DNA of 64,000 nucleotides from Scenedesmus sp. PABB004 (Eukaryota). A model generated the notes under the pieces. That model was not told the origin of the DNA. It was given only the letters and a program-made list of their open reading frames with translations, and ran no database searches. The stretch lies in NCBI GenBank assembly GCA_014905635.1, contig JABVCE010000012.1:620001-684000 (forward strand). Direction: 5' to 3'. Both the position numbers and the translations under genes were made by a program. Shown one piece after another: positions 12,904 to 25,435 of this stretch (the stretch's first letter is position 1; each line of letters opens with the position of its first letter).

Positions 12904-13557
12904 GGTGCTGCTGCGGGCGCCACCCGGCGCCTGCGGGTCACGGCGCGGGGGTTTGAGGTGCGGGTGAGCTCTGCGGGGCATTCCTAGGCGTGATGAGGTC
13001 GCCCGCACGAGCTGGTCGCCACCGTCCGCGCGCTGGGCGCGGGCTGACGAGCGGCATCCTCGGGGACGCCGCCAACAACTCGTCTGCGAGCGCGCCAGGC
13101 GCCGGAGCTGCGCTCGTAACAGCCACATATCTCACCGTGAGCTGTGAAGCTGCGCGTGGGGGCCGTCGGGGGTGGAGCTGCGACTCGGCGGGCTGTGAGT
13201 GCGCGCGACCTGCTGCGGTCGGGGGGCGTGGATGGCTGCACGCGAGCGCGGGCGGTCGCTGTCCGTATTTGCGAGCCCTGGAGCGCGGGCGCGGGGCGAG
13301 GGAGGCCGGGGTCGGGCGCGCGCGAACCCGAGGGCGCGAAGGTCACAGCGCCGAGCTCACGGCGCCCAGCTCGGGCCCACGCACGCCGCCGAGAGCTCGT
13401 CCGCGCTCGCACGCGCAGCCGCGAGCCGCGCGGCGCGGGGCCGTGCTAATCGCGCGGGGCCCGGTCGCGCCGCCGCCGCCCAATCACGTCGCGTTCGGTG
13501 CGCAAGTGCAGCCCCCCCCCACCCCCAGACCGCCGCCGCCGCCGCCGCGCAGCGCCC

Positions 13558-16271
13558 TCAGCACGCGGCCTTGCCGCCGAAGAGCGCCGCCTGCGCGGCG
13601 CCGCTCGAGCCGGTGCCGGTGCCGCTCGGGCCGCTGCCGAGGGAGAGGCCCTCGAGCCCGATGCTCGTCGCGGGGCTCGGCTTGGGGCTCGGCTTGACCG
13701 GCGTCGACAGCGGGCTCGGCTGCGGCGTCGCGCGGCTGGTGAGGTAGCTGTTGAGACGCTTGCCTGCGGGGTGGTGTGTGTGTGTGTGTGCGGGCGGGCG
13801 GGCGGGCGCGCGTGAGTGGAGAGGCGCGCGCTCTCGCTTGCTCTCTCTCTCTCTCCCTCGCGCGCACGCGCGCTGCCCGGCGCCGCGCGGCCGCCGCCGC
13901 CGCCGCCGCCGCTCCCGAGCCGCCCCCCGCTGCCGCACCCGAGGCGAGGATGAATCCCAGGAAGAGGGGGCTCGCCCGCCCGGGGCGCGACTTGAACTCG
14001 GGGTGGAACTGGCGCGGCGCGGCAGGCAGGCAGGCAGGCAGGCAGGCAGGCGGGCGGGCAGGCAGCGGGCGGCGTCAGGAGCGCGCGGATGGCGTCAGGA
14101 GTGCGCCGCCGGCGCCGCGGGCGGGCGGGCTTTGCGGCGGCGGCGCCGGCGGCGGCGCGGGCGGCGGGCGGGGCGTGTCACCTGCGCGGCGGCGTAGAAG
14201 GGGTGGCCCGAGGGGCTGTCCTGCAGCTCCACGACCTCCATGCGCTCGCCCGTCTCGTCCTTGCCGACAAACATGAGCCCCGCCGCCTCGAGCGCGGGGA
14301 CCATCTCAGGGTTGACCTCGTACCTGCGCGCGCGCGCATGTGTGTGGGCGTGTGTGGCGGGTGTGTGAGCGGCGGGGTAAGCGGGTGGGCGGTGGTGGAG
14401 GCGCGGAGTGTGAGGGGGCGCGACTGCGAGGCCGCAGCAGCGCGTGGGGGGCCGGGGCGTGGCTGGCCGGGGCGTGCGCCGGCGCGCACGGGGCGCGGGG
14501 CGCGTCGCGCCGCGTGTCGCGCGTGTCGCGCCGCGTGCCGCGCCTGTGGCGGTGGCGCTCGTCGATGAACTGCTCCTTCTGGTAGAGCTTGGCGGTCAGG
14601 CAGTTGACGCTCTGCAGCGAGGCGGGCGGGCGCGCGGGCAGGCGGGTCGGCAGGCCGGCGGGCCGGCGTTCGGCGGCCGGCGCGGCGGCGGGCCGGCGGC
14701 GCGCGCCGAACACACTGCCCCGCGTGCCACGCGCCTGCAGCACGGTGCGGCGGCCGCCGAGGCGCATGGTGCCGCCCATGTGCTTGGTGCTGATCTCCGG
14801 CATGAACACGACCGCGGGGTGGGGCGTGCCGGGGTTGAACTCGGTCGAGTCGGCGTCGGTGATGCCGAGCACGTGCCGCGCAAACTCGATGACCGCGACC
14901 TGCGTGTGTGGGCGTGCGTGGGTGCGTGTGTGCGTGCGTGGGCGTGCGTGTGGGCGTGCGTGTGCGAGGAGCCAGGAGGCAGGGCGCGGCGGCGGCGCCG
15001 GCCCGCCCGAGCGCCGCCCCCGCCCGCGCGCCGGCCCCCGCCCGGGCGCCGCCCTCCTCCCGAGCCCCGCCCGCGCCCGCGCCCGAGCCCCGCGCCCGCC
15101 CGCGCCGCGCGGCCTCGCGCCTGCATGCCGAGGCAGATGCCGAGGTAGGGCACCCGGTTCTCGCGCGCGTACTGCGCCGCCAGGATCTTGCCCTCCACGC
15201 CGCGGTTGCCAAAGCCGCCGGGGACGAGCACGCCGTCCGCGGCGCGCACCTGCGCACGCGCACGCGGCGGCGGCGTGGGGCTGCTGCCGCTGCCGCGCCC
15301 GCACGCACAGCGCGCCGGACCCGCGCCCGCCGCGCTGGCCGCCGTGCCGGCCGCCCGCGCAGCACGCCACAGCACGCAGCGCGCCGGTCCCCCGGCCGCG
15401 CACCTGCTTCCAGCTCGCCTCGTACTTGTCCGGCTGCGCCTCGCGCGCGCCGGGCTCGAGGAACTGTGCCTCCACCCAGGTGAGGTCAAGGCGGAGCCCC
15501 GCGGCCATGCACGCGTGCTGCAGGGCCTTGAGCACGCTGAGGTAGGCGTCGCTGAGGCCCGTGTACTTGCCGATGAGCGCGATGCGCACCGGCTCCTTCA
15601 GCCCGTCCCACCTGCGCGCGGCAGCGAGAGGGAAACGCGGGTGGGCGGGTGAGCGGTAAGCGGGTGAGCGGGTGGGCGAGAAAGGGTGAGAGACGAGCGT
15701 GAGAGAAGTGGAGGAAAGAGGAGGGGGAGGGACGAGAGGCGAGCGCGCCGGCGCGCGGCGCCGGCGGGGGTCACCCACCGGTCGGCGATGTTGGTGCGCC
15801 ACTCCTGCATGTCGAGCCGGTCGGCGTGGCCGCCGAGGCCGAGCACGCGCAGGATGGTCGCGTGCGCGCCCTGGCTCTGCATGAGCAGCGGCACGCGCCA
15901 GATGTTGGAGACGTCGTGCATCGTCAGCACGTTCTCGGGCGGCACCTGGCAGAACAGCGCCTGCGGCCGGACGCGCGGTCGAGGCGGCCAGGCGGGCGGC
16001 GGGCGGGCGGGCAGTCAGCGGCTGCGCGTCCGCGTCCGCCGCGCCCGCGTCCACAGCCTGCCTGCGCAGAGGCCGCGCGCACCAGCTTTGTGCGCACGCC
16101 ATCGTCGAGCGGCTCGCTGCAGCGGCACGCGAGCAGGTCGGGGTGCAGCCCGAGGCTGCGCAGCACCGCGACGCTGTGCTGCGTCGGCTTGGTCTTCTGC
16201 TCGCCCACGACGCCAATGATGGGCACGAGGCTCACGTGCACGATGCACATGTTGCCGGGGCCCACCCTGCC

Positions 16272-16305
<34 letters not shown>

Positions 16306-17739
16306 GGTCGGCGGGTGCTGCCGGCCCCGCGCGCCGCCGCGCCGTGGCCAGCGCAGGCGCAGCCGGCGGCGGCGGCGGCGCGAGCGGCGCCGGCGGCGCG
16401 CACTTGAAGTGGAACTGGCGCAGCGCCTCGACAAAGGGGCTCGACTCGATGTCGCCGACCGTGCCGCCGAGCTCAATGACGCAGACGTCGGGCACGCCGT
16501 CGCGGCCGTCGACGGGGACGTGCGCGACGCGCTGGATCCAGTCCTGGATCGCGTCGGTGATGTGCGGCACGACCTGCGGCGCGGACGCGGCGGACGCGAC
16601 GGACGCGGCGGACGCGGTGGACGCGGCGGACGCGGGCTGACCGGGGCCGCCCGCGCAGGCCGGCCGGGTCCGCTGCGGCCGTGCGCGCCGCCTGACCCCG
16701 TCTTCAACCGGCGGCGGCGCCGCGGCGTCCCACCTGCACCGTCTTGCCCAGGTAGTCGCCGCGGCGCTCCTTCTCCAGCACCGCCTGCGACGCGCGCGCG
16801 CGGGCGTGAGGCGCCGCGCGCCGCCTCCGCGGGCGGCCAGCTGCTCGGCCAGCTGCTCCAGCCAGCTCCTCCGGCTGCTCCGCCAGTGCTGCGCCAGCCG
16901 CGTGGGCAGCTGCCCCAGCTGCTGCTGCCGCCCCAGCTGCTGCTGCTGGCCCAGCCGCGGCCGCCGCCCCAGCTGCTGCCGTTCCTCCAGCCGCGGCCGC
17001 CGCGACCAGGGTCACCCCCGGCCGTCCTGCAAGCCGCGCGCCGCACACACCTGGTAGACCTTGCCCGTGGTGAGGTTGTTGTCGCGCGTGAGCGTGAGGT
17101 CCAGGAAGCGCTCGTAGTTGCCCAGATCAAGGTCGACCTGGCAGGGGCGGCAGAGGCAGAGGCGGCGGCGGTGGCGAGAGAGGAGAGAGAGAGGGAGGGC
17201 GGCGAGACGGGGCGCGCGCGCGCGGCGCGCGCCGCCCGCAGCGGCGCCGGGCGGGCGGCGGCGGCGGCGCGCACGCGCGGGCGGCCGCGGCGCGCCGCGC
17301 CGCGGTTGCGGGCGGTTGGCCGCCGCCGCGGCGGCTGGCCGCGGCGCGCCGGCGCCCGGCGCCGCGGCGCGGCGCGGGGCCGCTGGACAGCTGCGCCGTG
17401 GCCTGGCGGCCCTCCCGGCGCGGCGGGGGCCCGCCGGCGGCGCTGCGCGCGCGGCGGCGCCGCTGCGCACCTCGCCGCCGTCGTCGAGCACGAACACCTC
17501 GCCGTGCTCAAAGGGGCTCATGGTGCCGGCGTCGATGTTGAGGTACGGGTCTGCGGCGGCGGCGCCTCCCCCTGGGCGGCGCGGCGGGGGCCGCGGGCGG
17601 CCGCGGGCGCCCGGGGCGCACCTATTTTGATGGAGGTCACGCGCAGCCCGCATCGCTGCAGCAGCACGCCCACGCTGCTCGCGGTCACGCCCTTGCCCAG
17701 CCCTGACACCACGCCGCCCGTCACGAGCACGTACTTCAT
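13558..17739 (-). CDS. CTPS: CTP synthase (14 exons)
   Basis: [111 protein letters not shown]. Confidence 0.97.
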
Positions 17740-18390
17740 GCTGCGCCCCTCGCCCAGCAGCTGGAGGGCGGTCGGTGGCGGGCGGGCTGCTGCGGCGCGT
17801 CCCTCGCCGGCGGCACCTCCTCAGCGCGCGCGTGCCGCAACGTGTGCCACAGAAACTCGGGGGCGCCGGGGCTGGCGCTGGGGCGAGCCAGCCGGTGTGA
17901 GTTTGTTACGGCGGCGGCGCCGTCAAACCGGCTCGAAAGCCCCCACAGCCCTGCGCGCCGACTGCGAGCTGCGGGGGAGCGTGGCGGTGATCAGCCGCTT
18001 GGCGCCACGCGTCGTGAGCACTGGTTTACAGAGCGCGGCAGGCGCGTGCTGCCAGCGCGAAGACACGAGAGCGAGCCCCGAGCCGCCGCCCGCCCGCCCG
18101 CACCCAGCCCCCGCCGCCAGCCAGCGCCCGTCCACCCCTCTGCGCTACTAGCGCCGGCCCACCCGCCCACGCGCGAGGGAGCAACAGCAGGGCAGTGCTG
18201 CTGCCGCCCGCCCGCCCGCCCGCCAAGTCACGCGTCTGTCACCCCGGCGCCCCGGCCGCCCCCACGAAAGTGCAAAGCATTCACAGAGACCAACGGATGC
18301 GTTGAGGGCGCGGCCGCCGCGCGCGCTGGGCGGGCGCGCTGGCGCCGTCGCCCGCGCGCTGGCCGGCGCGCCGCGCCGCGGCGCCGGCGC

Positions 18391-20422
18391 TCACGCGTCG
18401 CCGGCGGCCGCCGGCGCTGCCGCCGCAGGCGCGGCGTCGCCGCCGCCCTCGCCGCCCTCGCCGCGACCGCGGCCGCGGCCGCGCGGCCCGCGGCCGCGGC
18501 CGCGGCCCCTGCCGCGGAAGCCACCCTCGCCCTCGGCCGCGGCGGCACCCTCGCCGCCCTCGTGGTGGGCCTCGCCGCCCTCGTAGCGGCCCCTGCGGCG
18601 GTGGGCGGCGCGGTGGGGCGCGGGTGGAGCACCGACGCAGACGTGGCCCGCGCGCGGGCTGCAGCGGCGGCCCGGGCTGCAGCCGGCCGGCCGGCCGGCG
18701 GCGCCGCGCCGCGCCGCGCTACGCACCTGCCGCGCCCGCGGCCGCGCGGGCCGCGCCCGCGCCCGCGGTAGCCCTCGCCGCCCTCCTCGCCGCCGCCCTC
18801 GCCGCCGCCCTCGTAGCCGCCGTAGTAGCCCCGGCCGCGGCCGCGGCCGCGGTAGCCGCCCGAGTAGCCCTCGCCGCCCTCCTCGCCGCCCTCGCCGCCC
18901 TGGTAGTAGCCGCGGCCGCGCCCGCGGCCGCGGCCGCGCCCACGGTACGTGGTGAAGCCGTCGCCGCCCTCCTCGCCGCCCTCGGCGCCCTCGCCGCCCT
19001 GGTAGTAGCCGCGGCCGCGCCCGCGGCCGCGGCCGCGCCCACGGTACGTGGTGAAGCCGTCGCCGCCCTCCTCGCCGCCCTCGGCGCCCTCGCCGCCCTG
19101 GTAGTAGCCGCGGCCCCGGCCGCGGCCGCGCCCGCGGTAGCCGCCCGAGTAGCCGCCCTCGCCGCCCTCCTCACCGCCCTCGCCGCCATCGTAGTAGCCG
19201 CGGCCGCGCCCGCGGCCGCGCATCGGGCCCCTGCACGGCGTGCGGCGCGCGCGCGGGTCGGCCGCCGGGGCGCGGGCGCGCGAGCGCGCGCGCGAGGGCC
19301 GCCGCAGCAGGCAGGCAGGCAGCGGTCGCTCGGCATCTGGCGGCGCGCACCTGCCGCGCCCGCGGTGCGGCGCGCTCTCAAACTCCTCGATGTCAAAGGG
19401 CCGCACCTGCGGCGCGGCGCGGCCGGCGCGCGGCGCGCGCGCGTCGGCGGCCCCGCCCGGCGCGACGCAGCCGCCGCCGCGAGAGCGCGGGCGCAGGCGC
19501 CGCAGGCGCGCCTGGTCCTCGGGCAGCGGCTCCTGGTAGCCGGGCTTGCTCGTGTCAAGGGGCTCCTTTGAGAGCGTGATTGAGATGACGCTCACGCGGC
19601 GCTTGGTCTCGATGCGGTCCAGGCCCTCCTCGTTGGGCTCCCACACGTCCACGATGCTCGTGGAGCTCGTCTCCGTGAGCTGGTGCAGCCCCGCGACGCG
19701 GCGCTTCATGATCTCGGCTGCGCGACGCGGCGCGGCGCGGCGCGCGGCGTGAGGCGTGGGCGGCGGCACGGGGCAGAGCGCGGCGGACGGGGCACCGCCG
19801 CGCGGCTGCCGCGGGCAGCAGGCGCCGCGGGCAGCGGGCGCCGCGGGCAGCGGGCGCCGCGGCTGCCGCCGCGCGGCGGCGACAGGCGCTGCAGCGGGCG
19901 CTGCGGGCAGCGGGCGCTGCAGGGGCGGCCGCGCGGCTGCTCACCGACGACGACGGTCTTGTTGATCGCCTTGCCCATGGCCTTGAGCACGATCGAGGCC
20001 TTGCCCTGCTCCTCGAGCAGCGCCATCGCGTAGGTGATGTAGTTGCGCACCTTGTTGGCCGCCGTGATGCGCACCTGGGCGCGCGCGCGGGGCGCGGGCG
20101 CGCGGGCGTGGGCCGCGGGCGGGCGGGCGGCGGCTGCAGCGGCCACCGCTGCGGCGCTGCGGCGCGCGCCGGACCGGCCCCCCTGCTGCGGCCGCCTGGG
20201 CCGCCCCGGTGCCGGCGGATCAGCCCGCGGGCGATGGGCGCCGCGGGGCCGGCGGCCCCGCGCGCGCGATCGCGCGCCGCGCCGCTGCTGCGCTGCCGCC
20301 GCCGCCGCCGTGGGCGCCCAGCGGCTCCGGAGTCGCGGCCCAGGACCGCGGTGCAGCCGCACCTCATTGTCCGCGATGTCCGCGTCGTTGCGCTCCTTCT
20401 TCACGCGCGTGTAGGCCTCCAT
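18391..20422 (-). CDS. Alba-domain RNA-binding protein (Rpp25/Alba-like) with long RG-rich tail
   Basis: MEAYTRVKK..NE|VRITAANKVRNYITYA..IVLKAMGKAINKTV..AEIMKRRVAGLHQ..WEPNEEGLD..RRVSVISITLSKEPLDTSKPGYQEPLP, followed by RGRGRG/GEGGEE repeats. Confidence 0.92.
18790..19200 (-). repeat. Coding tandem repeat in Alba tail: 99-bp (33-aa) unit, two essentially exact copies plus degenerate flanks
   Basis: tggtagtagccgcggcc recurs at 18901, 19000 and 19099. The unit encodes [33 protein letters not shown]. Confidence 0.9.
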
Positions 20423-21101
20423 AGCTGCTGATGCGGAGATCCTTGCCGCAGAGGCCGCGCACGGCCGGCGTCGCTGCTCCGCGCGCGCTTCCGCCGAGTC
20501 GAGGGCGCGGCGAGCGCCTTTCTGGGCGCCGGCTTGCGGGAGGCCGCGGCGGGCGCGGGGCGCGAGAGGGGGGAGAGCGCCGGCCGGCGGGGCGCAGCTG
20601 GCTCGCAGCGGGACTGCTGCGGCGGGGTGTGGCGTCGCTGGGCGGCGGGCCGGCGAGCACGCGGGCGGCGGCGCGGCGGGCGGCGGCGGGCGGCGGCGGC
20701 GCGACAGAACCTCCAGGCCGCTCGGGTCGCGCCCGCCGGCGGCGGCGCGGCACGCGCGAGGGGCTCGTTAGCGGGACCACTCACACAGGCGTGTGTACCA
20801 ACCCGCTGTGCGCCCTGCTCGCCGGCAGCGGCGGCGCGCGCAGGGCATGCGCCGCCGCTGAGCGCGCGCGAGCTCGCGCTCGCGCGCTTCATTCACTCCA
20901 GCCCATGCACCAGCGCCGCGCCGCTCTCGCTGCCTATGCGCGCACGCGCGCACCCTCGGGGGTGCGCCCGCCAGGGCGCACCCTCAGACTCTGTCCCACC
21001 CGCCCCTCGCCCCCGCCCCGACAGAGGCAGTGCCGCCCGAAAGCGATGTGGTGATACAGCCGGCGCCGCCCGCGCCGCAAAAAGCACGGCGCGCGCGCCG
21101 C

Positions 21102-22012
21102 TCACGCAGACGTCTGCTGCACCACGACGACCGTCGCGGCGAGCATCGCGACGACCACGCCGACGAGGAAGGGCAGGAACGGCACCGCGCCGCCCGCGTC
21201 GCTGGGCTTGGTGTAGACCTTGATGTTCTTGACCTGCTCCTCCTCAATGTAGTCCTTGAAGAATGACTTGGCCGTGCCCCCGACCTTGCGCCGCAGCGCC
21301 GCGTACTGCTCGCGGCTCATCTTGCCGTCCGTGAGCTCCCCGTACTTGGCCTGCGGCGCGGCCGCGCGCGCGGCGGGGCGGGGCGGGGTCGGCAGCGCTC
21401 GGGGGCAGCAGCGGGGCGGCGGCGGCGGCCCGGCGGGGGGGCTGCCGCCGGCAGCAGCGTCGCCGACTGCGGCGGCGCACCTCGTACAGGAGGTCCGCGT
21501 CGCGCTTGCTGCGCGCCTCCGCAAAGTCAAAGGCGTTGATCGTCTGCGACAGGAAGGACTCCTTGACGCTGCGGCACGAGGGCGAGGGCGAGCGGCACGG
21601 CCGGGTGAGCGCGCGCAGCAGCCTGGCGCAGCGGCGGCGGCGCGGCGCGGCGGCGCGGTGCGGCGGCGCGGCACGCGCGCCCGGCCAGCTGCCTCCGGGC
21701 TGCCCTGAGATCTTCTGGCGCGACCGCGCCGGCTGCCGGGCGCGCGCGGGCAGCGCAGGCGCGCTGCAAGCCGGCGTCGATGTGTGGACCTGGAGCTGTG
21801 GCAGCCCCGCGTGCGCCGCGCGCGGTCGGCGCGCCTCACCGCGGCGAGTCCCCGGCAGCGCCCTTGGTCGTTTTCTTGCCCTTGGTCGTCGTGGCGGGCG
21901 AGCGCTCGAGCGTGGCCGCGCCCGCCTTCTTGCCAAACAGCGCGCGCGGCGCCACGCTGCTGCGCCGGCTGATGCTGGAGGCCACCGTGGGGCGCGCCTG
22001 GAGCTGCTGCAT
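21102..22012 (-). CDS. Small hypothetical protein with plastid transit peptide and C-terminal transmembrane helix
   Basis: MQQLQARPTVASSISRRSSVAPRALFG N-terminus; core FDFAEARSKRDADLLYE|AKYGELTDGKMSREQYAALRRKVGGTAKSFFKDY; TM PFLPFLVGVVVAMLAATVVVV; GT-AG introns. Confidence 0.75.
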
Positions 22013-22324
22013 GCTGGCGGCGGCGGTGCAGGCCGGGTGAGGGCGGGTGTGGCTGGGAGCGCGAGCTGCGCGGAATGCGGCGGCTGCGAGCTGAGGGGGA
22101 GAGCGTGGAGCGTGGAGAGGGAGTGTGCGGAGCGACGCGCGCGACCGGGCGACTGGTGGGCCGCGAGCGGCGCGCGCCGGGCCGTCATGTTTTCTGACGT
22201 CGGTTGCCGCCGCCGCTCTGCTCTCCTGTCGCCGCCGCCACAGGGCGGCGGCGCGGCCGCGGGCCCACGTCGCAGCGGGCCCGCCCTCACGCGACTCGCT
22301 GACACCGCTGTGCGCGCCGCGCGC

Positions 22325-24866
22325 TCACTCGATGGTCACCGGGAAGCCGTCGATCGAGGCGACGGGGATGACGGTCGGGTGGCGCCGCCCGAGCTCGCCC
22401 GGCTTGCTCGCCGGCACAAACCTGAAGCGCTGCGTCAGCAGCGCGAGCACCACGCGCGCCTCCAGCAGCGCGAGGTGCTGGCCGAGGCAGTTGCGCGGGC
22501 CCTGCGGGCGCGCAGCCGGCGCGCGCGGGTCGCGGCGGCCCTGCGCCCCCCCCCCCTCCCCCGCCGCAGGCCCCCCACGTGCCGCCCCACGTGCCGCCCC
22601 GTGCCGCGCGGCCGCACCTGGATGAAGGGCACGAACATGTAGGGCCGCACCGCCTCGTCAAAGGCGTCGTACTCGCCGCCCGGCAGGAAGCGCTCGGGCC
22701 GGAACTCGGCCGGCGCGTCCCACTGGTTGTGCACGCCCTGCACGTGGCACACGATCATCGTGCCTGCGGCGCGCGGCGCGTGGCGTGCGGCGCGGCGCGG
22801 GCGTGTGGGCGGGCCCACCGAGCGTGTGGGCGGCCGCGGCGGCGCCGGGCGGCGCCGGGGCAGCACACGGCGGCGCGGCGCGGCGCGCGCACCCGCGGGC
22901 ACGGTGCGGCCGGCGATGGTGTCGTCCTCCTTGAGGCGCCGCGTGACGACCGGCACGACGCTGTACCGCCGCAGCGCCTCGCGCAGCACCGCGAGCGTGT
23001 ACTCCATGCCGTCAGCGCCCGCCCGCGTCGCGGGGCGCTCGCCGGCGGGGCCAAACACGCGCGCCGCCTCCGCGACGACCTGCGCGGCCGCGCGGCGCGG
23101 CCGCGGCGCCGGCGGGCTGAGGCCACACACGGGACGCCGCGGCGCCAGACGTGCGCAGCTGCCAGTCACCGGCGCGCGGCCCCCACCTGCTCGCGTTGCT
23201 CCGGGTGCCTGCTGAGCTCCAGCACGCTCCACATGAGCATTGCCGCGCTCGTCTCGTGCCCCGCGAGCAGGAAGGTCTTGACCTCAAAGCACAGCTGCGT
23301 CTCCAGCGCGCCGCTCCACTTGGTGCCAGACGCCTGCGCCGCGGCGCGCGGCGCGCGCAGCGCGCGGCGTTGGCGGCGGCGCAGCGGTGCGACGCTGCGC
23401 CGCGCTGCGCGGCCCTGGCAGGCCAAGGGCCACGGGCCGGCCCGCGCGGCGGCGGCGCGGCGGCGGCGCTGCGCGCCTCGATGGCGGCGAGGATGCGGTC
23501 GAGGATGTCGCCACGCGGCGGCGCGCGGCCCGCGCAGCGCTCCGCCCAGCGCGCGCGGATGAGGCTGGTGAGGAAGGCGTTGAGCCGCGCCATCTTCAGC
23601 CTGTGGCGCGACGGCGCGGCGGCGGTCGGCCGGGGCGCGCGGCGGCGGTCGGCCCGCGGCGGCGGCGCGGCGGGCTGCCTGCCGCGGCGGGCTGCCTGCC
23701 GCGCGCGGCGGGGAGGGCGGGCGCTGCGGGGGCTCGCCGACCTGAAGCTGAACCACGCGGGCGTGGGCAGGTACTTGCGGTGCGGGCGCAGCACGCGCTT
23801 GTTGCCCTCCTCCATGACGGGCAGATACAGCGCCGGGAACACCTGGCGGGCCGGCGGTGTGGCGCCGGCGGCGTGGCGTCGGCGGCCGCGCACGCGAGGG
23901 GCCTGTGCAGCGCCGGCGCCGGCCGGCGCGCTGCGCGGTTGCGCCGCCGCGCAGCGCGCGCCGCCGGCCGCGCACCCGGTCGCACTCCTCCGGCGGCAGG
24001 CTGAGGATCGCCTCGCCGATGATCTGCAGCGTGAGCAGCCGGAACTCCTCCTCCATGTGCACGACCGCGCCGGTGCCGCGCAGCGGCGACAGCTTGGCCG
24101 CGAGCCGCGCGGCGCCGCGCTGCGCGATGTCGACGATGTCGTCGAGGATGTCGACGCGCAGCGCGGGGCCCATGAGCAGGCGCTGCTTCTGCCAGAGCTC
24201 GCCGTCGGCGGTCACGAGCCCCGTGCCGAGGATGGGCATGAAGGGGTGGTAGCTCAGCGACAAGTCCTTGCCGTAGATCTTGAACCGCGTCTGCGCGCCG
24301 TGGCGGCGCGGGATGTGTGCGTGAGCGAGTGCGTGGGAATGCGTGTGCGCGCGGCTGCCGCCGGCCGCGCCGCCGCGCGCTGCCGGCGCGCGCGCGCGCG
24401 GGGGAGGGAGGGCGGGGGGCCGGCGTGCGTGCGTGCGGACCTGGAAGACGCGCTTGAGCAGCAGCGGGTCGTTGAGGATGAGGCCGTGCGTGCCGAGGAC
24501 GCGGAAGCGCACCGGCGTGCGGGCGGGCTCGCCCGGCGCGGCGGCGGCGGCGGCGGCGGCGTCGCTGCGGCCGCTCAGGCTCCACTCCTCCATCAGGTCC
24601 CACGCGCCGCGCCCCGCCGACGGCGCCATGAGCAGCGGCAGCACGTGGCCGAGCAGCGCGCTGCCGCCCGGCGCGGCGGGGAAGGCCGCGAGCGCCGCGC
24701 CGGTGCGCGCAAAGCGCGCGGCCGCGCGCGCGGCGGCCGCCAGCGCCAGCGTCAGCGCCACCAGCGCCGCCAGGAAGACGGCGCGCACGGCCGCGTGCTC
24801 CGCCAGGCCGGGGCTGAGCCCCGCGGCGCCGAGCGCCGCCGCGAGGACGCCGTCCGCCGCGCCCAT
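22325..24866 (-). CDS. Cytochrome P450 (possibly CYP97-clan-related algal family)
   Basis: N-terminal anchor, GLVTADGELWQKQR (WxxxR), LAGHETSA (I-helix), EALR (ExxR), PERF, and FIQ|GPRNCLG heme motif. Confidence 0.93.
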
Positions 24867-25435
24867 GCCGCCGGGCGCTGCGGCGGCGGGGGCGGGACGT
24901 GAGCGCGGCGCGCGCCCGGGCAGGCATGATGCCGGCCCGCCTGGCGCGCGCGCGGCCGCCGTGGCGCGGGAGGCCGGGCCCGCACCTTTTGATGTGCTGC
25001 TGCTCCGCACGCAGAGCGCGCACGCCCCTCACGCCACGCCCACGCGCCTGCCGCGTCCACGCAGGGGACGGGGCGCAGCGCCGCGGCGCTCGCCGATGCC
25101 GCCGCGCGCCAAAGCAAGCGCGGGTTGCCGGGCCTGGCGCTGCTGCAGTGGCGGGCGCGGCGCGAGCGTGCCCTGGTCGGGTGGGCTGATGACGCGGCGC
25201 GGACGAATGCAGCGACTGGCGTGGCGTGGGCGCGCGCGGCGGCGTGCAGCAGAGCGGACGCGCGGGCGCGCTCAAGCGAACAGTGACAGAGTACACGTCG
25301 CTGTGTCGCCTGCGTGTTCACTACCGCTGCCAGCGCACCCCTCGCACCGCCCGCGCATCCGATCGGGCCTCGCCGCCGCTCGCCCGCCGCCGCGCGCGCG
25401 CAACCGCCGCCGCTGCCGCTGCTGCCGGCGAGGGC

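Noticed and set aside
12990..13047. GTGATGA...CTGA as a box C/D snoRNA
   Set aside because: No terminal stem or recognisable rRNA guide; it lies in the probable promoter/5' UTR of the oxidase gene.
13044..13076. CTGACGA followed by a hairpin, resembling a hammerhead ribozyme core
   Set aside because: The required GAAA after stem II is absent (CAAC) and I found no stems I/III.
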